From the NCBI GenBank assembly GCA_963726745.1, contig CAVSDR010000003.1, positions 288,001-352,000 on the forward strand: a stretch of 64,000 bases of DNA, written 5' to 3'. Shown here in pieces: positions 32,802-42,532 of the stretch; positions within the stretch are counted from its first letter, which is position 1; each line of letters opens with the position of its first letter. A program made the position numbers and the translations under genes. Source of the stretch: an uncultured Verrucomicrobiae bacterium. Lineage in GTDB: Bacteria > Verrucomicrobiota > Verrucomicrobiia > Chthoniobacterales > UBA10450. A model generated the notes under the pieces. It was not told where the DNA came from, made no database searches, and worked only from the letters and a program-made list of their open reading frames with translations.

Positions 32802-35363
32802 ATGCCGAAGTTCCTAACCTATAACGTCGTCCCGAATCTCCCCGCCGCGCTCGAGCCTCTGCGCGAAATGGTCTTCAACGTCTGGTGGACTTGGGAGCCC
32901 TCGGCGCGCGCGCTTTTCCGCCATCTCGACCCCGAGCTCTGGGAGCGAACGAATCACAACCCGGTGCGCATGCTCCAGCTCTCACGTCAGGCGCGCCTGA
33001 CCGAGGTGGCGCAGGACGACGATTTCCTGCGCGAACTGAAGGCAGTCCACACCGCGTTCAAGAAATATCTCGCGCGCAAGGACACCTACGGAAAGACCGG
33101 CGCGGGCAAGGTGCTGAAGAAGCCGGTGGCTTATTTCTCGGCCGAGTTCGGCTTCCACGAATCGATCCCAAACTACTCGGGTGGCCTTGGGATTCTCTCG
33201 GGCGATCATTGCAAATCAGCCAGCGATTTGGACCTGAACTTTGTCGCCATCGGCCTGCTCTATCGGCACGGTTATTTTAAGCAGCAGATTGATCGCGACG
33301 GCGTGCAGCACGCGGAAAGTCTCAATCAGAACTTCCACCATCTCCCGATCCGGGAAGTGCGGAAGGACAATGCCCGTGTGCTCGTCTCGGTGCGCATTCT
33401 CGAACGCGAAGTGCTGGCTAAAATCTGGGAACTGCGCGTCGGCCGGATCACGCTTTATCTGCTCGATACCGACGTGGCCGAGAACTCGCCGGAAGATCGC
33501 CTGATCACCGCGGAGCTCTACGGCGGCGACCTCGAGATGCGCATCCGCCAGGAGATGATCCTCGGCATCGGCGGCGCGCGCGCTCTCGGGGCGCTCGGGA
33601 TCGACGCGCAGGTTTACCACATGAACGAAGGCCACTCGGCCTTCCTCGCGCTCGAGCGCATCCGGCAACTTCACACCGAGAAAGGGCTCGATTTTTACGC
33701 CGCCCTCCAGCTCGTCGCAGCTTCGAATGTTTTCACCACGCACACCCCGGTGCCCGCGGGCAACGACGCTTTCCCGCGCGAGCTCATGCGAAAATACTTT
33801 GGCGATTTCGCCAAGGAAATGGGCATCCCCTTTGACGAACTTTTCACCTTCGGACAGACGCGGGTGAACCCGAGCGATCCCTTCAGCATGACCATCCTCG
33901 CCCTGCGCGCGAGCCGGCACGCGAATGGCGTGAGCGCGCTCCATGGCGACGTCAGCCGCGGCCTTTGGAAAGATGTCTGGACCGGCGTGCCAGTGGGGGA
34001 AGTGCCGATCACCAGCATCACCAACGGCATCCACACCAAGACCTGGATGGCGCCGGAATTCTCTGCGCTCTACACGAAGTATCTCGGCGATTGGGAGGAG
34101 AACCTTACCGACGCCGATTTCTGGCGCGGGGTGATCGACATCCCGGACGCGGAGCTTTGGGAAACGCACCAAAAGCTCAAGCTGCGGCTGGTGAATTTCG
34201 TCCGGGCACGCGTGCGCGCACGCCGGGTGCGCATCGGCGATTCGCCGGAAGCGATTCGGCGCGCAAACAGCATTCTCGATCCGGAGATTCTCACGATCGG
34301 TTTCGCCCGGCGCTTTGCGACCTACAAGCGCGGCGCGCTCCTTTTCAGCAACCGCGAACGCCTCGCGAAGCTCTTGCATGACAGCACGCGACCGGTGCAA
34401 TTCATCTTTGCCGGCAAGTCGCATCCGCGCGACGAAGGCGGCAAGGCGCTCATCCAGGAAGTCTACAAATTCTCGCGCGAAGAAGGCTTCGAGAACCGGA
34501 TCGTTTTCGTGGAGGACTACGACACCTACATCGCGCGCCGGCTCGTCCAGGGCGTGGATCTTTGGCTGAACAATCCGCTCCGCCCGCTCGAGGCCAGCGG
34601 CACCAGCGGGATGAAGTTGCCGCCTAATGGCGGGCTCAACCTCAGCGTGCTCGATGGCTGGTGGTGCGAGAGCTACAACGGCAAAAACGGCTGGGCCATC
34701 GGCGAGGAAATCCTCGACGGCTCGGTGGAATTCCAGAGCGAAGTCGACTCCACCAGCCTCTACCAATTGCTCGAGAACCAGATCATTCCGCTCTACTACG
34801 CGAAGCCCGACGGCAAGCTCCCGCTCGCCTGGCTTCAGCTCATGCGCGAGTCCATCCGCAGCGTCACCCCGGTCTTCAACACCCACCGGATGGTCTCGGA
34901 ATACACCGAGCGCCTCTACGCGCCCGCGCTCAAGGCGCACCAGGAATTCGCCGAAGGCAATGGCCGCGCAGCCACGGAGTTGAGCCAATGGAAGGCGCGC
35001 ATCCGGCAGGATTGGCCGCAGGTGCGGATCTACGACGTGCAGGTGGGGAACGAAAACCGCCACAACATCCTCGTGGGCGACGCGCTCAAAGTGTCGGCTA
35101 AAATTCATCTCGGCGCGGTCGACCCGCAGCACGTGCGCGTGGAGGCCTACTACGGCGAGCCGGGGAAAGACGACGTCGCGAACGTCTCGCGGCCCGCGAT
35201 CGCCGTGCTCCAGCAGAATGCCCACCAGGCGAACGGCCACTACTTTTACGAAGGTGAAGTCCCGGCCAGCGAAAGCGGGACCTACGCCTTCAGCGTGCGC
35301 GTGGTCCCGACACATCCACATCTCATGCAAGGCCACGAGCTGCGGTTGATCACCTGGTCCTAA
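32802..35363 (+). CDS. glgP: Alpha-glucan (glycogen) phosphorylase
   Basis: AYFSAEFG, YSGGLGILSGDH, HMNEGH, ARRFATYKR, EASGTSGMK. Confidence 0.95.
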   Translation: MPKFLTYNVVPNLPAALEPLREMVFNVWWTWEPSARALFRHLDPELWERTNHNPVRMLQLSRQARLTEVAQDDDFLRELKAVHTAFKKYLARKDTYGKTGAGKVLKKPVAYFSAEFGFHESIPNYSGGLGILSGDHCKSASDLDLNFVAIGLLYRHGYFKQQIDRDGVQHAESLNQNFHHLPIREVRKDNARVLVSVRILEREVLAKIWELRVGRITLYLLDTDVAENSPEDRLITAELYGGDLEMRIRQEMILGIGGARALGALGIDAQVYHMNEGHSAFLALERIRQLHTEKGLDFYAALQLVAASNVFTTHTPVPAGNDAFPRELMRKYFGDFAKEMGIPFDELFTFGQTRVNPSDPFSMTILALRASRHANGVSALHGDVSRGLWKDVWTGVPVGEVPITSITNGIHTKTWMAPEFSALYTKYLGDWEENLTDADFWRGVIDIPDAELWETHQKLKLRLVNFVRARVRARRVRIGDSPEAIRRANSILDPEILTIGFARRFATYKRGALLFSNRERLAKLLHDSTRPVQFIFAGKSHPRDEGGKALIQEVYKFSREEGFENRIVFVEDYDTYIARRLVQGVDLWLNNPLRPLEASGTSGMKLPPNGGLNLSVLDGWWCESYNGKNGWAIGEEILDGSVEFQSEVDSTSLYQLLENQIIPLYYAKPDGKLPLAWLQLMRESIRSVTPVFNTHRMVSEYTERLYAPALKAHQEFAEGNGRAATELSQWKARIRQDWPQVRIYDVQVGNENRHNILVGDALKVSAKIHLGAVDPQHVRVEAYYGEPGKDDVANVSRPAIAVLQQNAHQANGHYFYEGEVPASESGTYAFSVRVVPTHPHLMQGHELRLITWS

Positions 35364-35378
35364 CGAGTCATTTCTCCC

Positions 35379-36527
35379 ATGCCTGACCTCCCCCCAGAGG
35401 AACAAAACCCGGCAGCCCCCCGGCGCCGGACACTCACGCCGGAGCAGCGCAGCTTCCTGGGCACGCCGCGCAAAAGCTCCGAGCCGGCGCGCGAGTCGCC
35501 GACACCGGCGCCGGAGCGGCCCGCGAGTTCTCCGAAGGAAGCAACGCCTTCGCATCCGGCCGAGCGCCGGTCTCACTCCTCGCCGGGCGGCCGCGTCCCG
35601 CCGCAGCCGCAGGCCCAGGCGCGCACGGAGCAATCGCGCGTGGTCGAATTGCAAACCGCGATCTACGTCCTGGGCGGCCTCCTGGCTCTCGGAATGATCT
35701 TCTACGCGGGCTTGAAATTCGACGCGGTGAAGTATCACCTGCTCACCCGCATCCGCGGGAGCGAGCAACTCGAACGCGGACCGGATAAATATCCCGGGCT
35801 CTCGAGCGACGAGTTGCTCGAGACCGCGCTCGCCGCGGAAAAGCGCGGCGACTGGAAGGAAGCCACCGACCGCATGATCGCGGCCAAGCAAAAGGATCAC
35901 GCTTTAGCCGGCGTGCTCTTCCGCGTGGGCAAGGGCAGCTATGAGCGCGGCGATTTCGAGGGTGCCGCGGTCGCGCTCGAGCATGCGATTCGCTTGGGCG
36001 AAAACCTGGCCGCGGCGAACTATTATCGCGGGTTGATCGCGGCCAAGCGCAAAGACCTGGCCGCGGCCGCGGGCTACTTCGAGGCGGCCACCAAAGCCGA
36101 CCCGTTCGTCGCCGACTACTTCTATTTTTGGGGCGAAGCCTTGCGGCTGGATCAACGTCCGCGCGAAGCCATCCGGCGCTACCAGCAGGCGCTCGAACGC
36201 ACTCCCGGCAGCGCCGATGCCGAGCTGTGCCAGTTCAAGATTCGGCTGGCGCGCATCGAAGCGGCCGAGGTGCCGCAAGTCGCGGCCGACGTGGCCGCGG
36301 CGCGCGCGGCGGGGCCGCTTTCCACTTCCTGGCTGCTGACAGATGCGGCACTGCAACTGCACGCGGGCCGGATAGCCGAGGCCCGCCAACTGATCGATGA
36401 CGCCCGCGCTGCCAGCGCCAGCCAGCTTTTCCTCACCTGCGTGAGCGACAACGTCTTCCTGCGGGCCGCCGAGGCTCATCCGGAAATAGCCGCCGCCCTC
36501 CGGCCCGCGCCCGCGCCCGCTCGTTAG
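35379..36527 (+). CDS. Single-TM TPR protein
   Basis: Pro-rich N-terminus, one TM, several TPR-like helices (YYRGLIA, YFWGEAL). Confidence 0.7.
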   Translation: MPDLPPEEQNPAAPRRRTLTPEQRSFLGTPRKSSEPARESPTPAPERPASSPKEATPSHPAERRSHSSPGGRVPPQPQAQARTEQSRVVELQTAIYVLGGLLALGMIFYAGLKFDAVKYHLLTRIRGSEQLERGPDKYPGLSSDELLETALAAEKRGDWKEATDRMIAAKQKDHALAGVLFRVGKGSYERGDFEGAAVALEHAIRLGENLAAANYYRGLIAAKRKDLAAAAGYFEAATKADPFVADYFYFWGEALRLDQRPREAIRRYQQALERTPGSADAELCQFKIRLARIEAAEVPQVAADVAAARAAGPLSTSWLLTDAALQLHAGRIAEARQLIDDARAASASQLFLTCVSDNVFLRAAEAHPEIAAALRPAPAPAR

Positions 36528-36573
36528 GCGCAGGCATGAGAAGATAAGCGAGCCGCAGCCTGATCCAGCCCGA

Positions 36574-38487
36574 TCAGGGAACGAAATTCGCGCGCCGCAG
36601 AAAGTCGGCGTAACGCGGATCAGCGCGCAGAGGATCGAAGAGCGGATTCATTTTCAAGGGGATCGCGCCGCCATTCGTATGCTCTTGGAAGACGCGCTCC
36701 AGGTAGGCGAAAGCCGCCTCTTTCTCCCCCAAGCCGATGGAAACAAGCAGCGGCCATTGCGGCGAAACTGCGACTCTTTGCGCGAGTTCCCTGAGCTGCC
36801 GCAAAACGGCTTCCGCCTCCGCGCGCTGACCGGCCATGCCGTGGATGTAGCCGAGCCAGCCGAGGTGCATCGGGTTGGTTTCGATCTCCTTGATCTGGCG
36901 CATCTCCGTGAGGGCCTCCTCGTGTTTCCCTTGCAGCGAGAAGGTGAGCGCGAGCAGGCCGCGCGCGACCGCGAATTGCGGATCCATCTCCAACGCGCGC
37001 CGGTACTGCGCGACCGCTTCATCGTAGCGCCGCGCGAGCATCAGGACCTTGCCGATGTCGGCGCTGATCACGACGGAGAGCGGGTCCAGTGCTCCCGCCA
37101 GCCGGATCTCCGCGATCCCCTCCTCCACGCGTCCCAGTTGCACGAGGAATTCTCCGTTCCACTGGTGGGCGGTGGCGTAGTTCGGATTCAACTCGAAGGT
37201 GCGCTTGAATTCACGCTCCGCCTTCGGCCAATCCCAATCGAAATTGAACGCCAGGAGCGCGAGCGAGGCGTGCGCTTCCGGCAACGTCTCGTCGAGTTCC
37301 AACGCTTTCTGCAAGGCGGCGCGACCTCGCCCGAGCGCCTCTTTTTGGCCCGCGGCATCGTCGCCTCCGAGGAACAGGTAGGCATCGGCCAGGCCCGCGT
37401 AGGCCTGGGCATAGGCCGGATCGCGGTCGATGGCCTCCGTGAAATGCGTCACGGCCAGGCGATAGCCTTCCACGCTGCGCTTGTTCCAAAAATAGCGGCC
37501 CCGCATGCAGGCTTGATGCGCCGCGACGCTGGCCGTCGGTTTGGCTCGGAGGGCGGTTTGCTCGGAACCAGTCAGCCGAGTGGCGAGCGAAGTGACGATG
37601 CGCTGGGCCACCTCCGTTTCGACCGCGAACATGTCGGTTAATTTTCGGTCGTAGACCTCGGCCCAGAGATGGGTGTCGGTCGGCGCGTGGATTAACTGCA
37701 CCGTTACGCGCACGGTCTCGCCGGATTTTTGCACGCTGCCTTCCAGGAGATGGGTCACTCCGAGTTGCTGCGCGATTTCGCGCACGTTCTGCGGCGAGCT
37801 TTTGAACTGCTCGGTGGAAGTGCGCGAGATGACTTTCAGCGCCGCGATTTTCGAGAGGCGCGCGAGAATTTCGTCCTTCACCCCGTCGGCAAAATAGGCG
37901 TTCTCGGGATCGCCGCTCAGATTGGCGAAAGGCAGGACGGCGATACTCCTCTCCGCGATTGGAACGCCGGGAGACTTTCGCCAGAAGACAGCGGCCACCG
38001 CGGCGAGAACGAGCAGGGCGATGACGCCGCCGAAAAGGGCGATGCGCCGGTACCCGCCCCGACCGCCAGCCGGCGACGTCTCGGCCGCAACTGATGACGG
38101 CTCGCCGCCCGTGGTGCCGCCTCCGGCGCTCGCCTCGCAAGCGTCTCCACCCGCATGTGCAGGTCGCACTTCCGGCACGAACCGGTAGCCGCGTCCCGGC
38201 ACCGTGACGATGTAACGGTGCGCGCCGGGGCTGTCGCCAAAGAGGCGGCGCAACGTGGAGATATTTTGCGCCAGGTTGTTTTCCTCTACGGCGCAATCGG
38301 GCCAGAGGGCGTCCATGAGCACCTCTTTCTCGAGCACCCGTCCGGTGTTTTCGATGAAGTATCGCAGGGTCTCAAAAACCCGCGGGGTTAGCGGGACCCG
38401 AGTGCCATCCTGCCGCCAAACCGCGCGCTCCTCGAGATCGACCCGGAAGTCCCCGAATTCCAACACCTGTTTACCCGGAGCAAGCAT
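36574..38487 (-). CDS. CadC/ToxR-like winged-helix regulator fused to TolB-like and TPR domains (paralogue 4)
   Basis: FGDFRVD..LTPRVFETL..LMDALWPD..VEENNLAQNISTLR..TVPGRGYRF; TM; SIAVLPFANLS; TPRs; FDPLRADPRY. Confidence 0.88.
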   Translation of the reverse strand: MLAPGKQVLEFGDFRVDLEERAVWRQDGTRVPLTPRVFETLRYFIENTGRVLEKEVLMDALWPDCAVEENNLAQNISTLRRLFGDSPGAHRYIVTVPGRGYRFVPEVRPAHAGGDACEASAGGGTTGGEPSSVAAETSPAGGRGGYRRIALFGGVIALLVLAAVAAVFWRKSPGVPIAERSIAVLPFANLSGDPENAYFADGVKDEILARLSKIAALKVISRTSTEQFKSSPQNVREIAQQLGVTHLLEGSVQKSGETVRVTVQLIHAPTDTHLWAEVYDRKLTDMFAVETEVAQRIVTSLATRLTGSEQTALRAKPTASVAAHQACMRGRYFWNKRSVEGYRLAVTHFTEAIDRDPAYAQAYAGLADAYLFLGGDDAAGQKEALGRGRAALQKALELDETLPEAHASLALLAFNFDWDWPKAEREFKRTFELNPNYATAHQWNGEFLVQLGRVEEGIAEIRLAGALDPLSVVISADIGKVLMLARRYDEAVAQYRRALEMDPQFAVARGLLALTFSLQGKHEEALTEMRQIKEIETNPMHLGWLGYIHGMAGQRAEAEAVLRQLRELAQRVAVSPQWPLLVSIGLGEKEAAFAYLERVFQEHTNGGAIPLKMNPLFDPLRADPRYADFLRRANFVP

Positions 38488-38622
38488 GCCGATTCAGAAG
38501 ATTCATCGAATTTCAGCAGCATCCTAAAGACTTTCAGACGCAAACCGAAGAAAAATGGGTGCGCATCGAACTCGCCGTGCCGGCAGCTGATGCAAGCAGG
38601 AAACCCATCAGGCAGACCGATT

Positions 38623-40434
38623 ATGAAATCTCGCATTCTTCTTCTCCTTTTGACCCTTCTCGCTCTCGGCAGCTTAACGGCGCAAGTGCCACCGCTGATT
38701 AACTATCAGGGCCGCGTCGCGGTGGGTAACGTCAACTTCGACGGCACCGGCCAGTTCAAATTCGCGCTCGTAAACAGTGACGGCAGCCTGACGCTGTGGA
38801 GCAACGACGGCACGAGCACAGCAGGGAGCGAACCGGCCACGGCAGTCGCGCTCCCGGTCAGTCGCGGGCTCTATTCCGTTTTGCTCGGGAACGACACGCT
38901 TCCGAATATGAGCGCGCTCCCCACCAGCGCCTTCGCGAATCCGGACGTGCGTCTGCGGGTCTGGTTCAATGATGGCACCAACGGCTCGCAGCTCCTGACG
39001 CCGGATCAACGCCTCGCGCCTTCCCCCTACCTCGCGGATTCTGCGGTCACCACGGCGAAGATCGCGCCGGGCGCCGTCACCGGCCCGAAGATCGCGCCCT
39101 CCTCGATCAGCGGCGCGAACATCGCCCCGGGCTCGCTCGACTTTGGCCACCTCACCGTTCCCGCTGCGCCGGCCGCCGGCCAGGTGCTGGGGTTTAACGG
39201 CACGACTCTCAACTGGACGGCGCCGGGCGCTGGCGACGGCATCTGGGCCATCAACGGCGCCAACGCCTTTCGCAGCACCGGCAACGTCGGCATCGGCACG
39301 AACGTGCCCACGACCCGCCTGGAGCTGCGCACCGTCTCGGGCAATTACGGATTCCTCCACTCCGACGGCACGATCCAGGTGGGCACCTACGTGGGCAACA
39401 GCGCCTCTGGAGCGATCGGTGGCTGGCTCGGGACGCTCTCGAATCACCCGCTGCATCTTTTCACCAACAACGGCCAGCCTTCCGCGACTCTCAGCACGGG
39501 GGGCAACTTTGGGCTCGGCACGGCTACTCCCGGAGCGAGACTGCATATCTTTAATCCCACGGCCACTGTGGGCGAGGTCATCGAGACCGGCGGCGGCATC
39601 AACTCGCAGTCCGTCCTGGGATTCAAAAACCTGAACGGCCAATGGAACGTCGGCACGTCGCGTGGATTCAACAATGACATGCTCTTCATGGATCGGCTCG
39701 GGACCACGCCGATCGAATTCCAGCTCTCCGCTGCCGGCGCGCTCGGTCTCGGCATCGAACCGCAGGCCAAACTGCACCTCTTCGATCCCACGAACTCCGT
39801 CAGCCACCGCATCCAGAGTAACGGCGGCACGAACACCTGGTCGCGCGTCGAGTTCGCGAATCCGAACGGGCAATGGACCGTCGGCACTTCGCGCGCGTTT
39901 AATGGCGACCAGTTCTACATCTATCGCGAAGGCGCCAGCGGGATCGCCTTCGCGGTGCAGCCGAATGGCGACGCCTCGCTCCTCGGCACGATGTCGGTCA
40001 AGGTGCTCACGATCCGCGGCGGCGCGGACCTCGCGGAGCCGTTCGCGATGAGCCACCGCGGCATCCTGCCAGGGGCAGTCGTGAGCATCGATCCGCAGAA
40101 TCCCGGCAAGCTGCGGCTGAGCGGCCGCGCTTACGACAACAAAGTCGCGGGCATCGTCTCCGGCGCGAACGGGATCAAGCCCGGCATCTCCATGATCGAC
40201 GAAGCGCAGCTCGAACCCGGCGAAAACGTCGCGCTGAGCGGCCGCGTTTACGTGCAAGCGAACAACTCCGCCGGACCGATCGAGCCGGGCGATCTGCTTA
40301 CCAGCTCGGAAGTGCCCGGTGAAGCCATGCGAGCCGCGGATCATCGACGCGCGCAAGGTTCGATCATCGGCAAAGCGATGACGCCGCTCGAGGGTGAATC
40401 CGGCACGGTGCTCGTGCTCGTGACGTTGCAATGA
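38623..40434 (+). CDS. Secreted tail-fibre-like protein (GNVGIGT repeats, C-terminal chaperone-like domain)
   Basis: Signal peptide, LINYQGR, AVTTAKIA repeats, GNVGIGT/GNFGLGT, C-terminal GGADLAEPF...VALSGRVYV...PGDLLT...IIGKAM. Confidence 0.7.
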   Translation: MKSRILLLLLTLLALGSLTAQVPPLINYQGRVAVGNVNFDGTGQFKFALVNSDGSLTLWSNDGTSTAGSEPATAVALPVSRGLYSVLLGNDTLPNMSALPTSAFANPDVRLRVWFNDGTNGSQLLTPDQRLAPSPYLADSAVTTAKIAPGAVTGPKIAPSSISGANIAPGSLDFGHLTVPAAPAAGQVLGFNGTTLNWTAPGAGDGIWAINGANAFRSTGNVGIGTNVPTTRLELRTVSGNYGFLHSDGTIQVGTYVGNSASGAIGGWLGTLSNHPLHLFTNNGQPSATLSTGGNFGLGTATPGARLHIFNPTATVGEVIETGGGINSQSVLGFKNLNGQWNVGTSRGFNNDMLFMDRLGTTPIEFQLSAAGALGLGIEPQAKLHLFDPTNSVSHRIQSNGGTNTWSRVEFANPNGQWTVGTSRAFNGDQFYIYREGASGIAFAVQPNGDASLLGTMSVKVLTIRGGADLAEPFAMSHRGILPGAVVSIDPQNPGKLRLSGRAYDNKVAGIVSGANGIKPGISMIDEAQLEPGENVALSGRVYVQANNSAGPIEPGDLLTSSEVPGEAMRAADHRRAQGSIIGKAMTPLEGESGTVLVLVTLQ

Positions 40435-41774
40435 GGGCAGTCGGCTGGCTATTTTGCGTGCTCTTCTGCGCTCAGCTCGGGAGCATGCGCGCGACGCAGG
40501 CCATGCATCCCATCGCGCTGGCGACGGAGCCGCTCGCGAACGCCACCGGCGAGACGCGCATGCATGTTGTCGGCGTGGTCGCCATCCCCGGCGCCACGGT
40601 CCTGCGCGTGCCTTTGGCAGAGGCGAACCTCGGCGCAGCAAGCAAGGTGCGTTTCGTTTCGCTGCGCGACGGCCAAAGCCAAACGCTCGACGCCGCGCAC
40701 CTCGCGCTTTGGGCGCAGACCAGTGCGCTGTTTAATGGTGACGCGGTGCGAGTGGAGCTGCTCATCGCGCCGGGAGACAGCGCGGTCTCGCTGCGCGTGC
40801 GGGAAGCCTTCAGCTACACCCTCGCGGTAGAGACGCAGCAGCCCGTGGGGATCGAGACGCTCTGCGGCGCCGATGATCGCGTCGCTTCCAGAGATAATCG
40901 CGTCGGCCGGCTGAATGGGAACTGCACCGGCTGGCTGGTCTCGAACGGCGGCGTCCTCACGGCGGGCCATTGCGCGATCGTGGGCGGGAGCATTTTCGAA
41001 GTGAACGTGCCCGCTTCCCAACCCAACGGCGTCACCGTCGCCGCCGCGGTCGAGGATCAATTCCCCGTCATCGGCACCTCGATCGTGCTTTCAAACGGCG
41101 GCGCCGGCAACGACTGGCAGGTGTTCACCCTCGGGCCGAACAACCTCGACCAGCTCGCGCATGAAACGCACGGATTCTTCCGCATGATCACCGCCGTCCC
41201 ACCGGCCGCCGCCAGCACCCGCGTCACAGGTTTCGGTGTTGATAACACCCCGGCGGGAAGCGATCCCACCACCTGCGGGAATTTAAATGCTGCCGGCAGT
41301 TGCACGCATCCTGCGCCGAATGCGCAAAATCAGACGCTCCAGACCGCCATCGGACCCTTCACCGCACTGAGTGGGAGCACGCTGACCTACGCGGTCGACA
41401 CGGAGCCGGCGAATTCCGGTAGCCCCATCATTTGGGAAGCGAACGGTTTCGCCATCGGCATCCATGCCCAGGCCGGTTGCACCGCGACCGGGGGATCGAA
41501 CAACGGCACCTCCTTCGGCCTCGCCGCGCTCGAGAACGCGATCGCCGCCGTGCCCGGCCCGGAGACGCTGTATCTCGATACCCTCCCATCGCCCGGCGTA
41601 GTGGAAGACGGCACCATTTTCCGCCCGCACGACACCTTGGCCGAGGCAGTCGCGACCGTGCCCGTCAGCGGAAGGATCTCGATCGTGCGCGGCAATTACG
41701 CGGCCGCCGGGACGACGATCAGCAAGGCCATGATCCTGAGCGCGCCTGTGGGCGTGGTGAATTTAGGAAACTGA
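40431..41774 (+). CDS. Secreted trypsin-like serine protease
   Basis: Signal peptide; CTGWL..LTAGHC, DW, DTEPANSGSPI. Confidence 0.8.
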   Translation: MRAVGWLFCVLFCAQLGSMRATQAMHPIALATEPLANATGETRMHVVGVVAIPGATVLRVPLAEANLGAASKVRFVSLRDGQSQTLDAAHLALWAQTSALFNGDAVRVELLIAPGDSAVSLRVREAFSYTLAVETQQPVGIETLCGADDRVASRDNRVGRLNGNCTGWLVSNGGVLTAGHCAIVGGSIFEVNVPASQPNGVTVAAAVEDQFPVIGTSIVLSNGGAGNDWQVFTLGPNNLDQLAHETHGFFRMITAVPPAAASTRVTGFGVDNTPAGSDPTTCGNLNAAGSCTHPAPNAQNQTLQTAIGPFTALSGSTLTYAVDTEPANSGSPIIWEANGFAIGIHAQAGCTATGGSNNGTSFGLAALENAIAAVPGPETLYLDTLPSPGVVEDGTIFRPHDTLAEAVATVPVSGRISIVRGNYAAAGTTISKAMILSAPVGVVNLGN

Positions 41775-41781
41775 AATCGGC

Positions 41782-42528
41782 ATGAAGATTCTCCTCATCT
41801 GCGCCTCTCTTCTCCTCGTCGCCGAAGTCGCTCCGGCCTCTTCGCGGCAAAGCGCCAACTACTCCATCCGAGCCGACGCGATCGATGCCGGCGGGGGAAA
41901 TTCCAGCAGCGCCAGCTATCAGCAGACGAACAGCGCGGGCTTGATCAGCGACACATCCAGCGCGGCGCAGGGCGTGGTCCTTCGAAGCGGTTACGTCGCG
42001 CAGCTTTTCACTCCGCTGGAAGTGCTCAGCGCCGTCTCGCGAAAAACGCACGACAGCGCGGGAACGTTCGACATCGCTCTGCCGCTCGCTGGCCCTGCCG
42101 GCATCGAATGCCGCAGCGTCGGCGCCGGCGGAAATCACCAGGTCGTCGTCACTTTTGGCAGCCCAATTACCATGAACGGACTCTCGGTCATGAGCAGAGA
42201 TGGCCAGGCCGGCGGAGCCGCCACCGCGAACGGAAACATCGTGACGGTAAACCTGACCGCGGTCGCCAACGCGCAGACGTTGCTGATCACCTTGCTCGGG
42301 GCAAGCAACGGCTCCACCACCGCCGACCTCGCGATCCCCATGGGCGTGCTCGCGGGCGATACCAACGACGATGGCACGGTGAATTCCGGCGACTCTTTGC
42401 AAACCCGGAGCCGTTCGGGTCAGGCGCTCGGTGCGACGAACTTCCGCTCGGACGTGAACGTCGATGGCGCGGTGAACAGCGGTGACAGCTTGATCGTGCG
42501 CTCTCGCTCCGGGAGCGCGCTGCCATAG
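41782..42528 (+). CDS. Secreted protein with dockerin type I-like C-terminus
   Basis: Signal peptide; YSIRADAIDAGGG; GDTNDDGTVNSGD / SDVNVDGAVNSGD. Confidence 0.78.
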   Translation: MKILLICASLLLVAEVAPASSRQSANYSIRADAIDAGGGNSSSASYQQTNSAGLISDTSSAAQGVVLRSGYVAQLFTPLEVLSAVSRKTHDSAGTFDIALPLAGPAGIECRSVGAGGNHQVVVTFGSPITMNGLSVMSRDGQAGGAATANGNIVTVNLTAVANAQTLLITLLGASNGSTTADLAIPMGVLAGDTNDDGTVNSGDSLQTRSRSGQALGATNFRSDVNVDGAVNSGDSLIVRSRSGSALP

Positions 42529-42532
42529 CCGC

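Noticed and set aside
38623..40434. Prophage or contractile injection system suggested by the fibre-like gene
   Set aside because: No capsid, sheath, tube, baseplate or integrase genes, and the protein has a Sec signal peptide.
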